From Macrostomum lignano (Eukaryota): a stretch of 64,000 nt of DNA. A program made the translations under genes and the position numbers. Under the pieces are notes generated by a model. The model did no database searches, was not told where the DNA came from, and saw only the letters and a program-made list of their open reading frames with translations. The stretch is from positions 62,001 through 126,000 of the forward strand of contig NIVC01002341.1 of NCBI GenBank assembly GCA_002269645.1. Direction: 5' to 3'. Shown here piece after piece: positions 47,840-59,598 of this stretch; within the stretch, counting starts at the first letter, position 1, and every line of letters starts with the position of its first letter.

Positions 47840-50800
47840 ATGTTTCGCCAATTATCGTTTTTCGGATTTATCTTTATTTCTATCTGCTTGTGTGGCCTGC
47901 TATTGCCGTGCACTGTATTAGCTAAAGAAAATGATGGTCAAAACCCAGGATCCTTGAACATTGACAAACGTGATGATACAAAACCCGAAGATAGTTCATT
48001 CCTGCACAACTTTAAAAACAAAATTAAGAATGCCATGAAAGCTAATGAAAAAGCAGAAGTAAGTAAATTTAACTAATAAATTTAATCTTTTACCTTATGT
48101 TATATATAATACGTAGAATTAAATAAATTAATTGCCAATGTCATAGGCCTATCAAAATGGTTTGGATACAAAACAACATTATTTAGTTTGCTTTTTTCAA
48201 ATCCTCTTTTTACATTATTAGAATTTCATCTTGCATATGTTGGATATCATTAATTTCTTTTAAAAGGCACTTAAAGTAATAATAAAATTCTATTAAGGTT
48301 AATACTTGTCCACAGTCAGGATCATGCTATGTGTGTGCCATAAGCCACCCCAAAAAATTTTTTGGTGTGCGGCGTGCACTAGGTATGCCAGGCAAAATGC
48401 ACAAGTGTGCCAGGTACACCAGTCCTAAATCCTAATCCTAATTTTTTAAAATGCACAATATACACAAAATCACAATATATTGTAAGTTATAATGTTTCGT
48501 GTAATTACAAGTAAAGATTATAAATTGAAAATTTGAAGATTTATGTTTTTAACTTCAAAAATAATGAATAAAAATGAGAAATAAAACACAATTTAGAGAA
48601 TATTTTAAATGAATCAACGGTTGTCAATTGTCATAACAATATATTTGCAAAATCATTGTTAAACTTTGTGCAAATTTTCATGCTTTACATACTTTACATT
48701 CTTTGATTTTATCTCTTGCAGTGGCCGTGGCGCAGCCTCCTCTAGTGTGCGCCATGCATGTGCGCTATGCAGGGTGCACCAATTGTATATATGCCAAGGT
48801 GTATGCCAAAAGACTCTTTCAAAAATTTTATGCGCCAAGTGTTTGGCAGCTGTCCTAAATGTACACTGGAAATTTCACATTTCCAGTAATTTCTAGCATA
48901 CATAACATGATCCTGAGTGTGGACCCTTGTTGGCCTTGATATAGTATAAACTAGTCTAGATGATATTATAATATACATTTTGTCTTTTTGATTTTTTGTA
49001 TAATGCAATTTAAAAAAATAGAATTATGCTAATAAAATGCATATATTTTAACATTTTTATTTTTTTATTATCATTTTTAGTATTATAATTTATCAACTTA
49101 TTACCCACAACTATAATACTAATAGTATTAAATTTATCCATATTGTTGGAATAAGTTTTAAAAACTTGCAGATATATATGTGCTAGTGGTGTTTCCTGTA
49201 CACTGAGAATCAATCCCACCGCTGAGACACCAAGCTGTGCTAATGGTGTTTCTTCCTGCTTTATCAATTTTAATCCCACTAAATGCCACCAAAAGCTGTC
49301 CCAGGGCTCTTAATTATTCTTGTGTTTAGCCTTACTCGCTGCCACCCAAGTTGTTGCAGGTCTGTTAATTCTGTCTTTCTACTTAATTTACTTTTGCATA
49401 AATGTACTACTAATATTGGTAGCATCTACTTATCTACTTATATTGGTAGCGTCTACTTATCTAATGGTAGTGGTTGTATATGTACTGTACCTTTTGCCTG
49501 AGTGGTCTATTGGCACTGTCTACTCTTATATCTCTTAGTCCTGGCGTTCCCAGGATCAGAGGGTCACAGCTTTATATTTTCCCTGCCCTGAGGCGATCTT
49601 CTCTCACTATGAGACAGTTCTCCTGCCCTGAGGCAAATTTACAATTACTGCCCTGAGGCGATTTCTTGCTTTTAGTGGATTTGAACTCTCCCAATATAGG
49701 GGTTTTTACTATAGAAATGAAAAAGTCACTTTGAACAATTTTCTTATCAAGTTTTAGCTATTGCTAGAGCACACGAATGAGCAAGTTGTCTTCTTGGCCC
49801 ACTTGGGGCTTCTATTTATACTAGAGCCTCTCATCAAGTCAAACAAATAATTGCAAAAAACATTTTTGTAAATCACAACATTTAAACAAAAAAATACTAG
49901 TAATTTGTTTTTGCATGAATTTGAATGTGCATTTTTCTAAGAATGAAACATTTGTGCATAGGAAAAATAGAGTAGTTTTGAGCACAAAAATAGAACTATG
50001 TATTATTTCTAGGCACTATATCATATAATGTATGAGATATTGCATTAATAATATAGTATAATTGTTCTAAAATCACTTGTTTTCTAGTTATATTTCCTAG
50101 AAAAGCATTTTTCAAATATGCACTAAAACAGTTTAATTTTTTTGTTGAAATATTGTAAATTTCAAAAGTATTTTTGCTGTTGATATTAGTTTAAGATCAG
50201 GGGCGTAGCCAGGATTTTTTTTTGGGGGTATCGGTTAGCTGTTATCAGAAAGCAAGGGCTTGAGATCCACATATCCCCTTAATGTATTTCTAGTGCATAA
50301 TACATATAATTACTCTATTTGTTTGTTAATTGTTATTCTTTCGATTTGGATACCTTTCTCTTCCTTAACGGTCACAATTGCAACTGAAAAAAGGAAAAAA
50401 AATGTTGCTTTGGAAATTTGGGGGTATCGGCCGATATACCGATACCCCCCTCGCTACGCCCCTGTTTAAGATAGAAGCTTAAATGGGCCAAGAGAAGCAT
50501 CTTGTCTTGCCGCAAGCTTCCACTTATAAATAAGCTTAATAAATTCTTACTAAATCTTTAAAGTAGTTATTCAATTTGATTTGATCATTTCCTTAGAGTA
50601 AGAGCCCCAATTCAAGAGTATCAGAAATCTGCTATAGCAAGAATTGGGCAATGATCAATATAATAAAAATTGCCTTAAGGCAAGAAATCACTTTTAGAGT
50701 AGTATAATGCTTAGAGGCTATGGCCTTCTAATCCAGGGAACACCTAGGACTGAGACAAAAACCTCTATAGGAGTAATTAGTAGACTAGAATTTGGGTAGA

Positions 50801-53765
50801 CAGTGCCATTAGACTTCTTAGGCTAGAAGTATAGTACATGTACTTATGCTACCAATAGATAAATATAGGCATTAAGTACATTCATGCGCCACTAATAAAA
50901 GTACATAAATAACAGCAATGGGATCATTGCAAAAGACAAAATTAAATCAGTATTTAATCATTAGGATTTAAAAGAAGAGAAGTCACCCCTAGCACAAATT
51001 CGGTGGCATTTAATGAGATAACTTAGAAGACAGAATTAAGTCCTATGTCAACTTTGGTGACAGTTTGTGGAATTTCCCAGCATATAGGAAACATGCCTGC
51101 AACAACTTTGGTAGCATCAGTGTGATCATTAAAGACAGAAGTTTAGCCCTTTGACATATAGAAATAAAAAGTAGCTCAAAATAGTAAAACAAAGACTACA
51201 CAAAAATAGTTATATTTACTGACAAAATCTACTTGCTATAGTAATAATTCAATACATTATAAAATAAAATAGATAAGAAAATGTATATGGAGGTTATACT
51301 ATGCCTAAATGTAGTATATTGCACTAACAGCTTATATATAGTGCAGTCTATGAACTTTGTTATGCCTTTTGTATAACTATAATGTGTATAACTAAATTGT
51401 AGGCTTTGTTTAGTGCCTTTTGAGTGCCATTAAAAAAACCTTTTAACTATGCATTTATTGCTACACAAGGGCTATCATCTGTTGTCTTATTTATTGCTAG
51501 TAAATTTCAATGATATTAATAAAAACATATAGTGCAAGATTGTAAAAGTTCTAGTATGATCTCAATATGTAAATTTTAAAGTTTAGATATAAAAATATAA
51601 AAAGTATAAATGCATAGAAATTGCAACTATAATTTAAAAAAGTCCTAGCTAATTAGTTTCTTTAATTTTAAAGATAGACTAAGTATTAAATAACAATTAA
51701 TATCCAAAAAGTTCAAATGCTAGTTACATTTTTGAAAGCTTCTGATTTGATTTCAAATGTGGTTGCACTTTTAATTATAATTGAGTAGTAGTAGATTGGA
51801 GTAGAGAAAGACCAGCATATTGACAAAAATCATCTCACTTGAGATATTAATAGTAGGTGGTCTAAAAAATTTTCAGAATAAACTCTTAATTTGTTTATAA
51901 GCCCAGTAGTCTCTCCAGAAGTATGCAAGGTTGATACAAAATTCAACACTTGGTTGAGCCAGATAGGTATCCAACTCTTTCATTGGCTAACAAATATCAA
52001 ATATATCATCTGATAAATTTGCTATAATAAACCTGCAGAGAACATGGCTCTAACTGGTAGTCTCTCTAGGACCAGAGCCAATAACTTCAGCACAAAGGGC
52101 TCCAAAGTCAACCTTGGGATCATCAGTTGGCATCAAGTTGTTGCTGGCTATGTTGTCATCATTTGAAGAGGAGCCAAGCCTTAAAATGAAATAAAGTATA
52201 TATCATAATTATATCAAATTAGTTCCAAACTAGAATGTGTTAAAATATAAAAAATATTAAAGTAGAGATCCTAATAATGTGTGTACGAATTTCCAAATCA
52301 TTTAACGAATATGCATATAGCTAGGAAAAATTACTGCACTATAATGTTATTTATGGACTTAAGAGCTTATCTTGTATTGAAAGTCAAAAGATTTATCTTA
52401 ACTTTAGCTTCTCCTCCCCCAAGTTGAACCCAGATACACATGTATGTAGTGTCAAACATTCCTATCTTTGTTATATTAGTTTCTAATTCTAGGGACTTAG
52501 GAGCCCGTCTCTTATATTGGAAATAAAAGTATTCATCTTAAATTTAGTTTCTACCAAATCAACCCCATTATAGTCCCTGGTTCTAGGGATTTGAAGCTCA
52601 ACTAGAAAGTAAAAACGTTCATATTAACTTTAGTCCTTACCACTCGACCACAATTTGCATGTGGTGTCAAAACTCTGCTGTTGAAGTACTTAACCCCAGG
52701 GAACTAAGAGCATTCCAAGCTTGTGTATTTTGGCTTATAGAATTTTCATTGTAAAGCCTTCATGGGTGTAGATTGCACAAAGAGCCCAAGGATGAAAAAA
52801 AATGAATGCGAAAATGAATTTTGTTGCCAGCTTAATGGCCTTGCTGAAGGTTGGAAATTGTTTTGCCTAGTTAGTTATTTTGGTAATTTTTAAATGAATA
52901 TTTATGGGCATTAACTATTAAAAAACGTCTGGCACTAATACCGGATGCTTACAAAAATTTCACATTCATAATCTAATTCCCCCTTCACACACACGCGCAC
53001 AAATTGTAGCGATACCTGAAAGGCGACTCCAGCGCAACCGTGGAGTCCTCAGCCTCCCGTTTCGGCTTCATCCACGCATTCGTAGCCAGCTTGTCTGTCA
53101 TCATAGTTTCCGAACTGGGCGATAAAACGTTCTTCATCGCGGCTATTATGGCGATGCGTCATTCTCGTCTAATCGTATTCGCTGGCGCTATCCTAGCACT
53201 GGCCACCATGACTATCTTGTCGGCTGTGCTGGGTTACGCAACCACCGTTATACCTCGCTGGTTCACCTACTACGTCAGTAGCGCCCTGTTCGCCATCTTC
53301 GGCTTGAAGATGCTTCGCGAAGGTTATTATATGAAACCGGACGAGGGCATGGAAGAATACGAAGAGGTTCAAGCCGATTTAAAGAAACGCGACGAAGAGT
53401 ATTGCAAATCTCAGACTGCCTCAGTTGAGCAGGACATGGAGACTGGGGTCATACGCAGTCCCAGACGGTCTATCATTTATAGTTTCGTCAACAAAGTGCT
53501 GATCGAATCGTTTTCGCTTACATTTCTTGCCGAATGGGGCGACCGGTCGCAGATTGCCACAATAATTCTTGCCGCTCGCGACGATGTAGTTGGCGTTATT
53601 GTTGGCGGCACGCTTGGTCACGCCCTGTGCACTGGACTGGCCGTTCTAGGCGGTCGGTTCATTGCTCAGCGCATCTCGGTGCGCACTGTGACTCTGTGCG
53701 GTGGCGTCATCTTTCTGCTATTTGCCATGTCCGCCCTGGTCATTGGGCCGGAGTCCAATTCTTGA
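47840..53765 (+). CDS. TMEM165: TMEM165/GDT1 (UPF0016) Golgi Ca2+/Mn2+ transporter, 2 exons
   Basis: join(47840-48058, 53010-53765), phase 0. Exon 1 gives signal peptide plus lumenal spacer. Exon 2 has GFIHAFVASLSVIIVSELGDKTFF and FLAEWGDRSQ (two E-phi-G-D-K/R-T/S motifs). Confidence 0.93.
48308..48924. mobile_element. Non-autonomous TIR element in TMEM165 intron
   Basis: 24-bp inverted termini GTCCACA(G/C)TCAGGATCATG(C/T)TATG; no TSD recognised. Confidence 0.5.
49200..51130. repeat. Old, diverged head-to-head inverted repeat pair (about 49200-49830 vs 50470-51130)
   Basis: Shared blocks in opposite orientation, e.g. GATCCTGGGAACGCCAGGACTAAGAGA / ATCCAGGGAACACCTAGGACTGAGACA; GTAGACAGTGCCA; CCTGCAACAACTT(G/T)GGT. 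Confidence 0.6.
50198..50464. mobile_element. hAT-type MITE, same TIR family as 5301-5975
   Basis: CAGGGGCGTAGC...GCTACGCCCCTG, perfect 8-bp TSD TTTAAGAT. Confidence 0.88.
51790..52191 (-). pseudogene. Decayed hAT transposase C-terminus (dimerisation domain)
   Basis: Minus-strand translation PMKELDTYLAQP...AYFWRDY...SLF*KFFRPPTINISSEMIF parallels the hATC consensus ELDxYL...LxFW...LAxKYLxxPxTSVxSERxFS; in-frame stops; preceding exon-like block 52191-52033. Confidence 0.65.
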
Positions 53766-54664
53766 GAATCAACAGGCAGCATGCTGCTGTGAAGAAAGAT
53801 GAACAGACAAATTCCTTTTTCCCTTCATTTATTTTGCTTGATTTGCAGCAGAAAAAAAACACAACACAAACTTCATCCTTATCTGGCTGTGCGCTTGCTA
53901 TCTGAAAACTTATAAACTGTTCGTTTTTTTACTGCTGTAACAAGCTTTGATGATGACGTGTCTAGGAAGTGTCCCGGCTATAAAGGGCCTGTCAACTTAA
54001 GCTCATACAGTGTTTGTGTTTTTCTAATAACTGAAAATTAAATATTGTTTTTGTTCAGACTGCTTCGGCCACAATATTCTTGTATGTTAAACGTAGCCTT
54101 TGCTATAATGTATTAACAAAAATGGTTATTCCATGTTTGAAAATGGCAACTGGGAGTTGGTCAATTTTTTTTTAGTTTCGGTGTGGCACGTTTAAGCACA
54201 ACTAATTTTAGGTTGGGCGTGGGACAAATTGTAAACAACAATATTTATCACTACTATATATAGGTGCGGGGTGAAAGCAGGGGTTGACTCATATTTGCTT
54301 TCATTTTGTCTTTTTGGGCACTAACACGTTTCTCCGTTGTTCTGTTTTACAGTCTTTTGTGCCCCTAATGAATTTGCTTTGCTTTGCTGTTAGGCGACTG
54401 AGACTGAATCAACATATGGATTTTTGTGATAGAAACGACACTTAAAATATCTTGAATCTTTTTTTAACCTGCAACAAAAGTGCTTGTTTATTGCTTGTCG
54501 GGAGATTTTGTCTAAAAACTGCAACATTTAATAAAACCTGTCTAAGCCTGTCTATTATGCATGTAAAAGTCACTGCCCTAGCATAGAGTTGGTCTTTTGT
54601 GACATTCTTTTATTTAGTTATTTTGTAACATATACGCTTTTCGCATTGCCGATAACACTTACTA

Positions 54665-56505
54665 ACTCCCAGATCTCACTGATCCTCCATTACCTGATCT
54701 CACTGATCCTCCATTACCTGATCTCACTGATCCTCCACCCCATTACCTGATCTCACTGATCCTCCATTACCTGATCTCACTGATCCTCCATTACCAGATC
54801 TCACTGATCTTCCACCCCATTACCTGATCTCACTGATCCTCCACCCCATTACCTGATCTCACTGATCCTCCATTACCTGATCTCACTGATCCTCCATTAC
54901 CTGATCTCACTGATCCTCCATTACCAGATCTCACTGATGCTCCACCCCATTACCTGATCTCACTGATCCTCCATTACCAGATCTCACTGATGCTCCACCC
55001 CATTACCTGATCTCACTGATCCTCCATTACCTGATCTCACTGATCCTCCATTACCTGATCTCACTGATCCTCCATTACCTGATCTCACTGATCCTCCATT
55101 ACCTGATCTCACTGATGCTCCACCCCATTACCTGATCTCACTGATCCTCCATTACCTGATCTCACTGATCCTCCATTACCTGATCTCACTGATCCCCATT
55201 ACCTGATCTCACTGATCCTCCATTACCTGATCTCACTGATGCTCCACCCCATTACCTGATCTCACTGATCCTCCATTACCTGATCTCACTGATCCTCCAT
55301 TACCTGATCTCACTGATGCTCCATTACCTGATCTCACTGATCCTCCATTACCTGATCTCACTGATCCTCCATTACCTGATCTCACTGATCCTCCATTACC
55401 TGATCTCACTGAAGCTCCATTACCTGATCTCACTGATCCTCCATTACCTGATCTCACTGATCCTCCATTACCTGATCTCACTGATCCTCCATTACCTGAT
55501 CTCACTGATCCTCCATTACCTGATCTCACTGATGCTCCACCCCATTACCTGATCTCACTGATCCTCCATTACCTGATCTCACTGATCCTCCATTACCTGA
55601 TCTCACTGATCCTCCATTACCTGATCTCACTGATGCTCCATTACCTGATCTCACTGATCCTCCATTACCTGATCTCACTGATGCTCCATTACCTGATCTC
55701 ACTGATGCTCCATTACCTGATCTCACTGATGCTCCATTACCTGATCTCACTGATCCTCCATTACCTGATCTCACTGATGCTCCATTACTAGATTTCATTG
55801 ATACCTCATTACTTGATGTCACTGATGCTCCATTACTAGATTTCATTGATACCTCATTACCTGATGTCACTGATGCTCCATTACTAGATTTCATTGGTAC
55901 CCCATTACCAGATCTCACTGATCCTCCATTACTAGATTTCATTGATACCTCATTACCAGGTCTCACTGATCCTCCATTACCTGATCTCACTGATCCTCCA
56001 TTACCTGATCTCACTGATCCTCCATTACCTGATCTCACTGATGCTCCATTACCTGATCTCACTGATGCTCCATTACCTGATCTCACTGATGCTCCATTAC
56101 CTGATCTCACTGATCCTCCATTACCTGATCTCACTGATGCTCCATTACCTGATCTCACTGATGCTCCATTACCTGATCTCACTGATCCTCCATTACCTGA
56201 TCTCACTGATCCTCCATTACCTGATCTCACTGATGCTCCATTACTAGATTTCATTGATACCTCATTACTTGATGTCACTGATGCTCCATTACTAGATTTC
56301 ATTGATACCTCATTACTTGATGTCACTGATCCTCCATTACTAGATTTCATTAATACCCCATTACCTGATCTCACTGATGCTCCATTACTAGATTTCATTG
56401 ATACCCCATTACCTGATGTCACTGATCCTCCATTACTAGATTTCATTGATACCTCATTACCAGGTCTCACTGATCCTCCACTCCATTACCAGATCTCACT
56501 GATCT
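54665..56505. repeat. 24-bp minisatellite (TCACTGATCCTCCATTACCTGATC)n with variant blocks
   Basis: Direct reading; a diverged variant block (..ATTACTAGATTTCATTGATACC..) occurs twice (~55790-55960, ~56245-56465). Confidence 0.95.
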
Positions 56506-56592
56506 ACCAAATTAAAAGAAACATCACAAGATATGATTTTCTAGTTGTTTAAGGTTTATTAAAGTATTTCAAACTCATCATTGCGCTAACTT

Positions 56593-59061
56593 ATGCCAAG
56601 GCTCAAACGGAACCGATTTCAGTTAATGATATCGTTAAAATTCCGGCGGTACCTTGTCATAGCAATCTGTCTGCTATGCACCGCGGCATGCTATGTTTTT
56701 TACAAATGGATGGATTTTGGTAAGTCCGATAAATTCCATCTTGCTTACTTAATACTGTTGCAAACATTCCAAATTGCTGTCTATAATAACTGGTTTTCAT
56801 CCCGCAGACGCCAACCCTATCAGACATTATTTGGCATACGACTACTATTTCGGTAGTCCCTTGATGAGCTCGTCCTATTCGCAAGTAAATGTTAGTTCAT
56901 CGGTACATACTGCTACAGAGGCTAGCAGTCCCAGTCCGCAAACTGTGTTCTCACTAGGAGGCAAGCCTGTATTGGTTCTGTTTTCAGCTAGATTCGATTT
57001 CCAGCTTGGTTTGATAGTACTTGTTGGCTATTTCAACAATAGATTATCGAAACAGCCGCCTCGCGTCACCTGTAGACTCAGTTCCTTGAAGTCATCAACG
57101 AACTTGGATGCAAGACCATGGCAACAAGCTGTTGGTTACTCAATGCACGAAGGTCATTATATGCCATACGATGGTGTGCTGTACTTCTGTCCAGTTGTAC
57201 CAACAGAGTCGTCTTATCTTGTAGAAGTGAACGGTGTCGATGTATCCAACAGGGCATCTGGCAAGATTAAACTGCCTGTACATGTTGCTGAGTCATCGAA
57301 ACCGGCAGATAAAGTTGCCGCTTGTATCACAGCCCTGCGCTATTTACCCAGCGAGGAGAGCGAAAATCAGTTTATAATGCGTCTAGTGGAATTCATTGAG
57401 GTCAATAGACTGCTGGGTGTTGAGCATTTCTACTTCTACAATATGAGTCTGCCTAGTAAAATTAGTGCAGTGATGAAGCACTATATCGGTATTGGCTGGA
57501 TCACGGTGACCCCGTGGTCCTTGGCGGAGGGAATTGATTTAGACAAGGACATTCACTATTATGGCCAGATGGTTATTCTCAACGATTGCTTGTACTCTGC
57601 CCGAGACAGATACAGACTGTTGACGTTCATTGACATTGACGAAATGTTAGTGCCAACTAATAGCAAAGGCGAGGCTATTAATCTGGTTAAAGCGGCACAG
57701 TTGCACTCACTAGATGATCGAGGCGGTAACTGTGCTCTGGGATTTCGTCACGGCGTGTTTCCTCCATCGCCGAAGCAGGAGAAAAGTGGCGAAATTAAAA
57801 TGCCGACCTCGCTTATTGGCTGCAAGGTACGCGGTTGCGCATTTGACTTTTCTTTCAGCGGTTATTTTAAACGCCATTTCAAAATGGTAAACTCTCCTAT
57901 AGACAAAGCAGACTACTCAAGTAGAGGGGCGGGAAAGGGGCGAAAAAATACATTACGAAGATAGGAGGTTTATCCTCCTATGATAGGAGGTGTATCCTAA
58001 TTGTCTAAACGAAAATCTTAATGAATATCGATAGAGCTATAAGAAAGGTTCGCCATATCAAAAGATGAACATTGAGTCTGCCTTCTATCAAAAGCAAGAG
58101 TTTAGAGTTTTGCTCTAGCGAAAGGTAACAAACAAGACTGCTCTAGAGATGGAATGCGACTTTCCGTTGAAACAAGCTTAGGGGCGTCGCCACCGGGGGG
58201 AGGGGGTTGGACAGGGGGACATGTCCTCCAGTAAAAGATATGAGGGGCATACCAATGCTGTGTCCCCTCCACCCCAACTTTGTGTTCCGTTATGGAAATT
58301 AGTAATTTTGCTTCAGGGCGACAAAATATAGCACCTGCAACGCTAAAATGAGTGTCTGCGGCGCCAAAAATGAGTTCCTGCGGCGCTAAAATGAGTGCCT
58401 GGGCGCTAAAATGAGTGCCTGCGGCGCCAAAATGAGTGCCTGTGGCGCTAAAATGAGTGCCTGCGGCGCTAAAATGAGTGCCTGGGCGCTAAAATGAGTG
58501 CCTGCGGCGCCAAAATGAGTGCCTGTGGCGCTAAAATGAGTGCCTGCGGCTCTAAAATGAGTGCCTGTGGCGCTAAAATGAGCGCTGAACGCTTACAACC
58601 GATTCTAAAAATGATATTTACGTGTAAATGTAGAATTCTTGACTTTGTCCCCCACCATAAAATCCATGGCGACGCCCCTGTACAAGCCGTTTATCATCAT
58701 TCCACTAAAACTAGCTGTTAAGTACAGCCCCCCCCCCTTAACTCTTCAACAGATTGTCAGCTTATTGCGCAGGCGACGCATCAAATCTATTCTACCATTC
58801 ACTGAGCGTAGCAAACTACTCGTAGTAGCTCGTCAGATCAAAGAGATTGGCATACATTTTGTGTGGAACTCGTGGCAGAGCTGCCAAACTAAACAGCTGA
58901 GCCCCAGTAGCGAAGGCTTGCTGCATCACTATCGACACTGGGCAGCTGGTGAAATGATTGAGGATCAATCGATGAAGTGGCTTCAACGGGACATTGAGAC
59001 TGCGTTAATCGGCGCTAGAGACCGCTTGAAACACCTGTTCGGTATTGATCTCTGTGCTTAA
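56593..59061 (+). CDS. Glycosyltransferase family 92 (DUF23)-like type II membrane protein, 3 exons
   Basis: join(56593-56719, 56808-57826, 58753-59061). N-terminal TM; LVEFIEVNRLLGVEHFYFY, GQMVILNDCLY, FIDIDE (DxD), RSKLLV...IGIHFV, LHHYR motifs. Confidence 0.85.
58179..58680. mobile_element. Older hAT-type MITE carrying a 21-bp tandem array (AAAATGAGTGCCTGCGGCGCT)n
   Basis: TIR (T/C)AGGGGCGTCGCCA...TGGCGACGCCCCTG; imperfect 8-bp TSD AACAAGCT/TACAAGCC; array ~58345-58585. Confidence 0.7.
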
Positions 59062-59598
59062 ACTTGCTAATTGATTTGGGTTTAATGCAGTTCGTGTGCA
59101 TTTTTTTCAAAACCGGCAATCTTAAATCAATTTTTTTGCCGTAAGTGTTTAAACGCGTGTTGTTGCGCTGTATTCCAGGTCAATTTTTCTTTCTAGCACT
59201 GTAATGGCTTCGCTTAATTTTCTGTCTGGCTTTATCGACCTGCATGTAGCGGCACAATAGCATGAATAATTCTTATCTTTTATGAAAAATATATGCCTGC
59301 AGATTTACGTTTCCCAAAGATTAATTCTAAATAATCTTCGAAAGCTTGTTTTGCGCGAAAAATACGTTTACAGAGATTTATAGACTTAATTTATTTATTG
59401 TTGTCTAACACGAAAATAGTAATCTCTTTTTGGCTCTTTTAGAAAGTGTGCAAAATTATTAAAAAAATGAATAGAGGAATAATACAGGCTACAGGCATTT
59501 TTGTAAGTTCTATAATACGAAGGAGTTAAAAAAAGACAGTATTTAGAAGGTTGTTTCAACAAGTGCTCTCGTTTCAGTTTCCAAGAAGTTAAATTATT

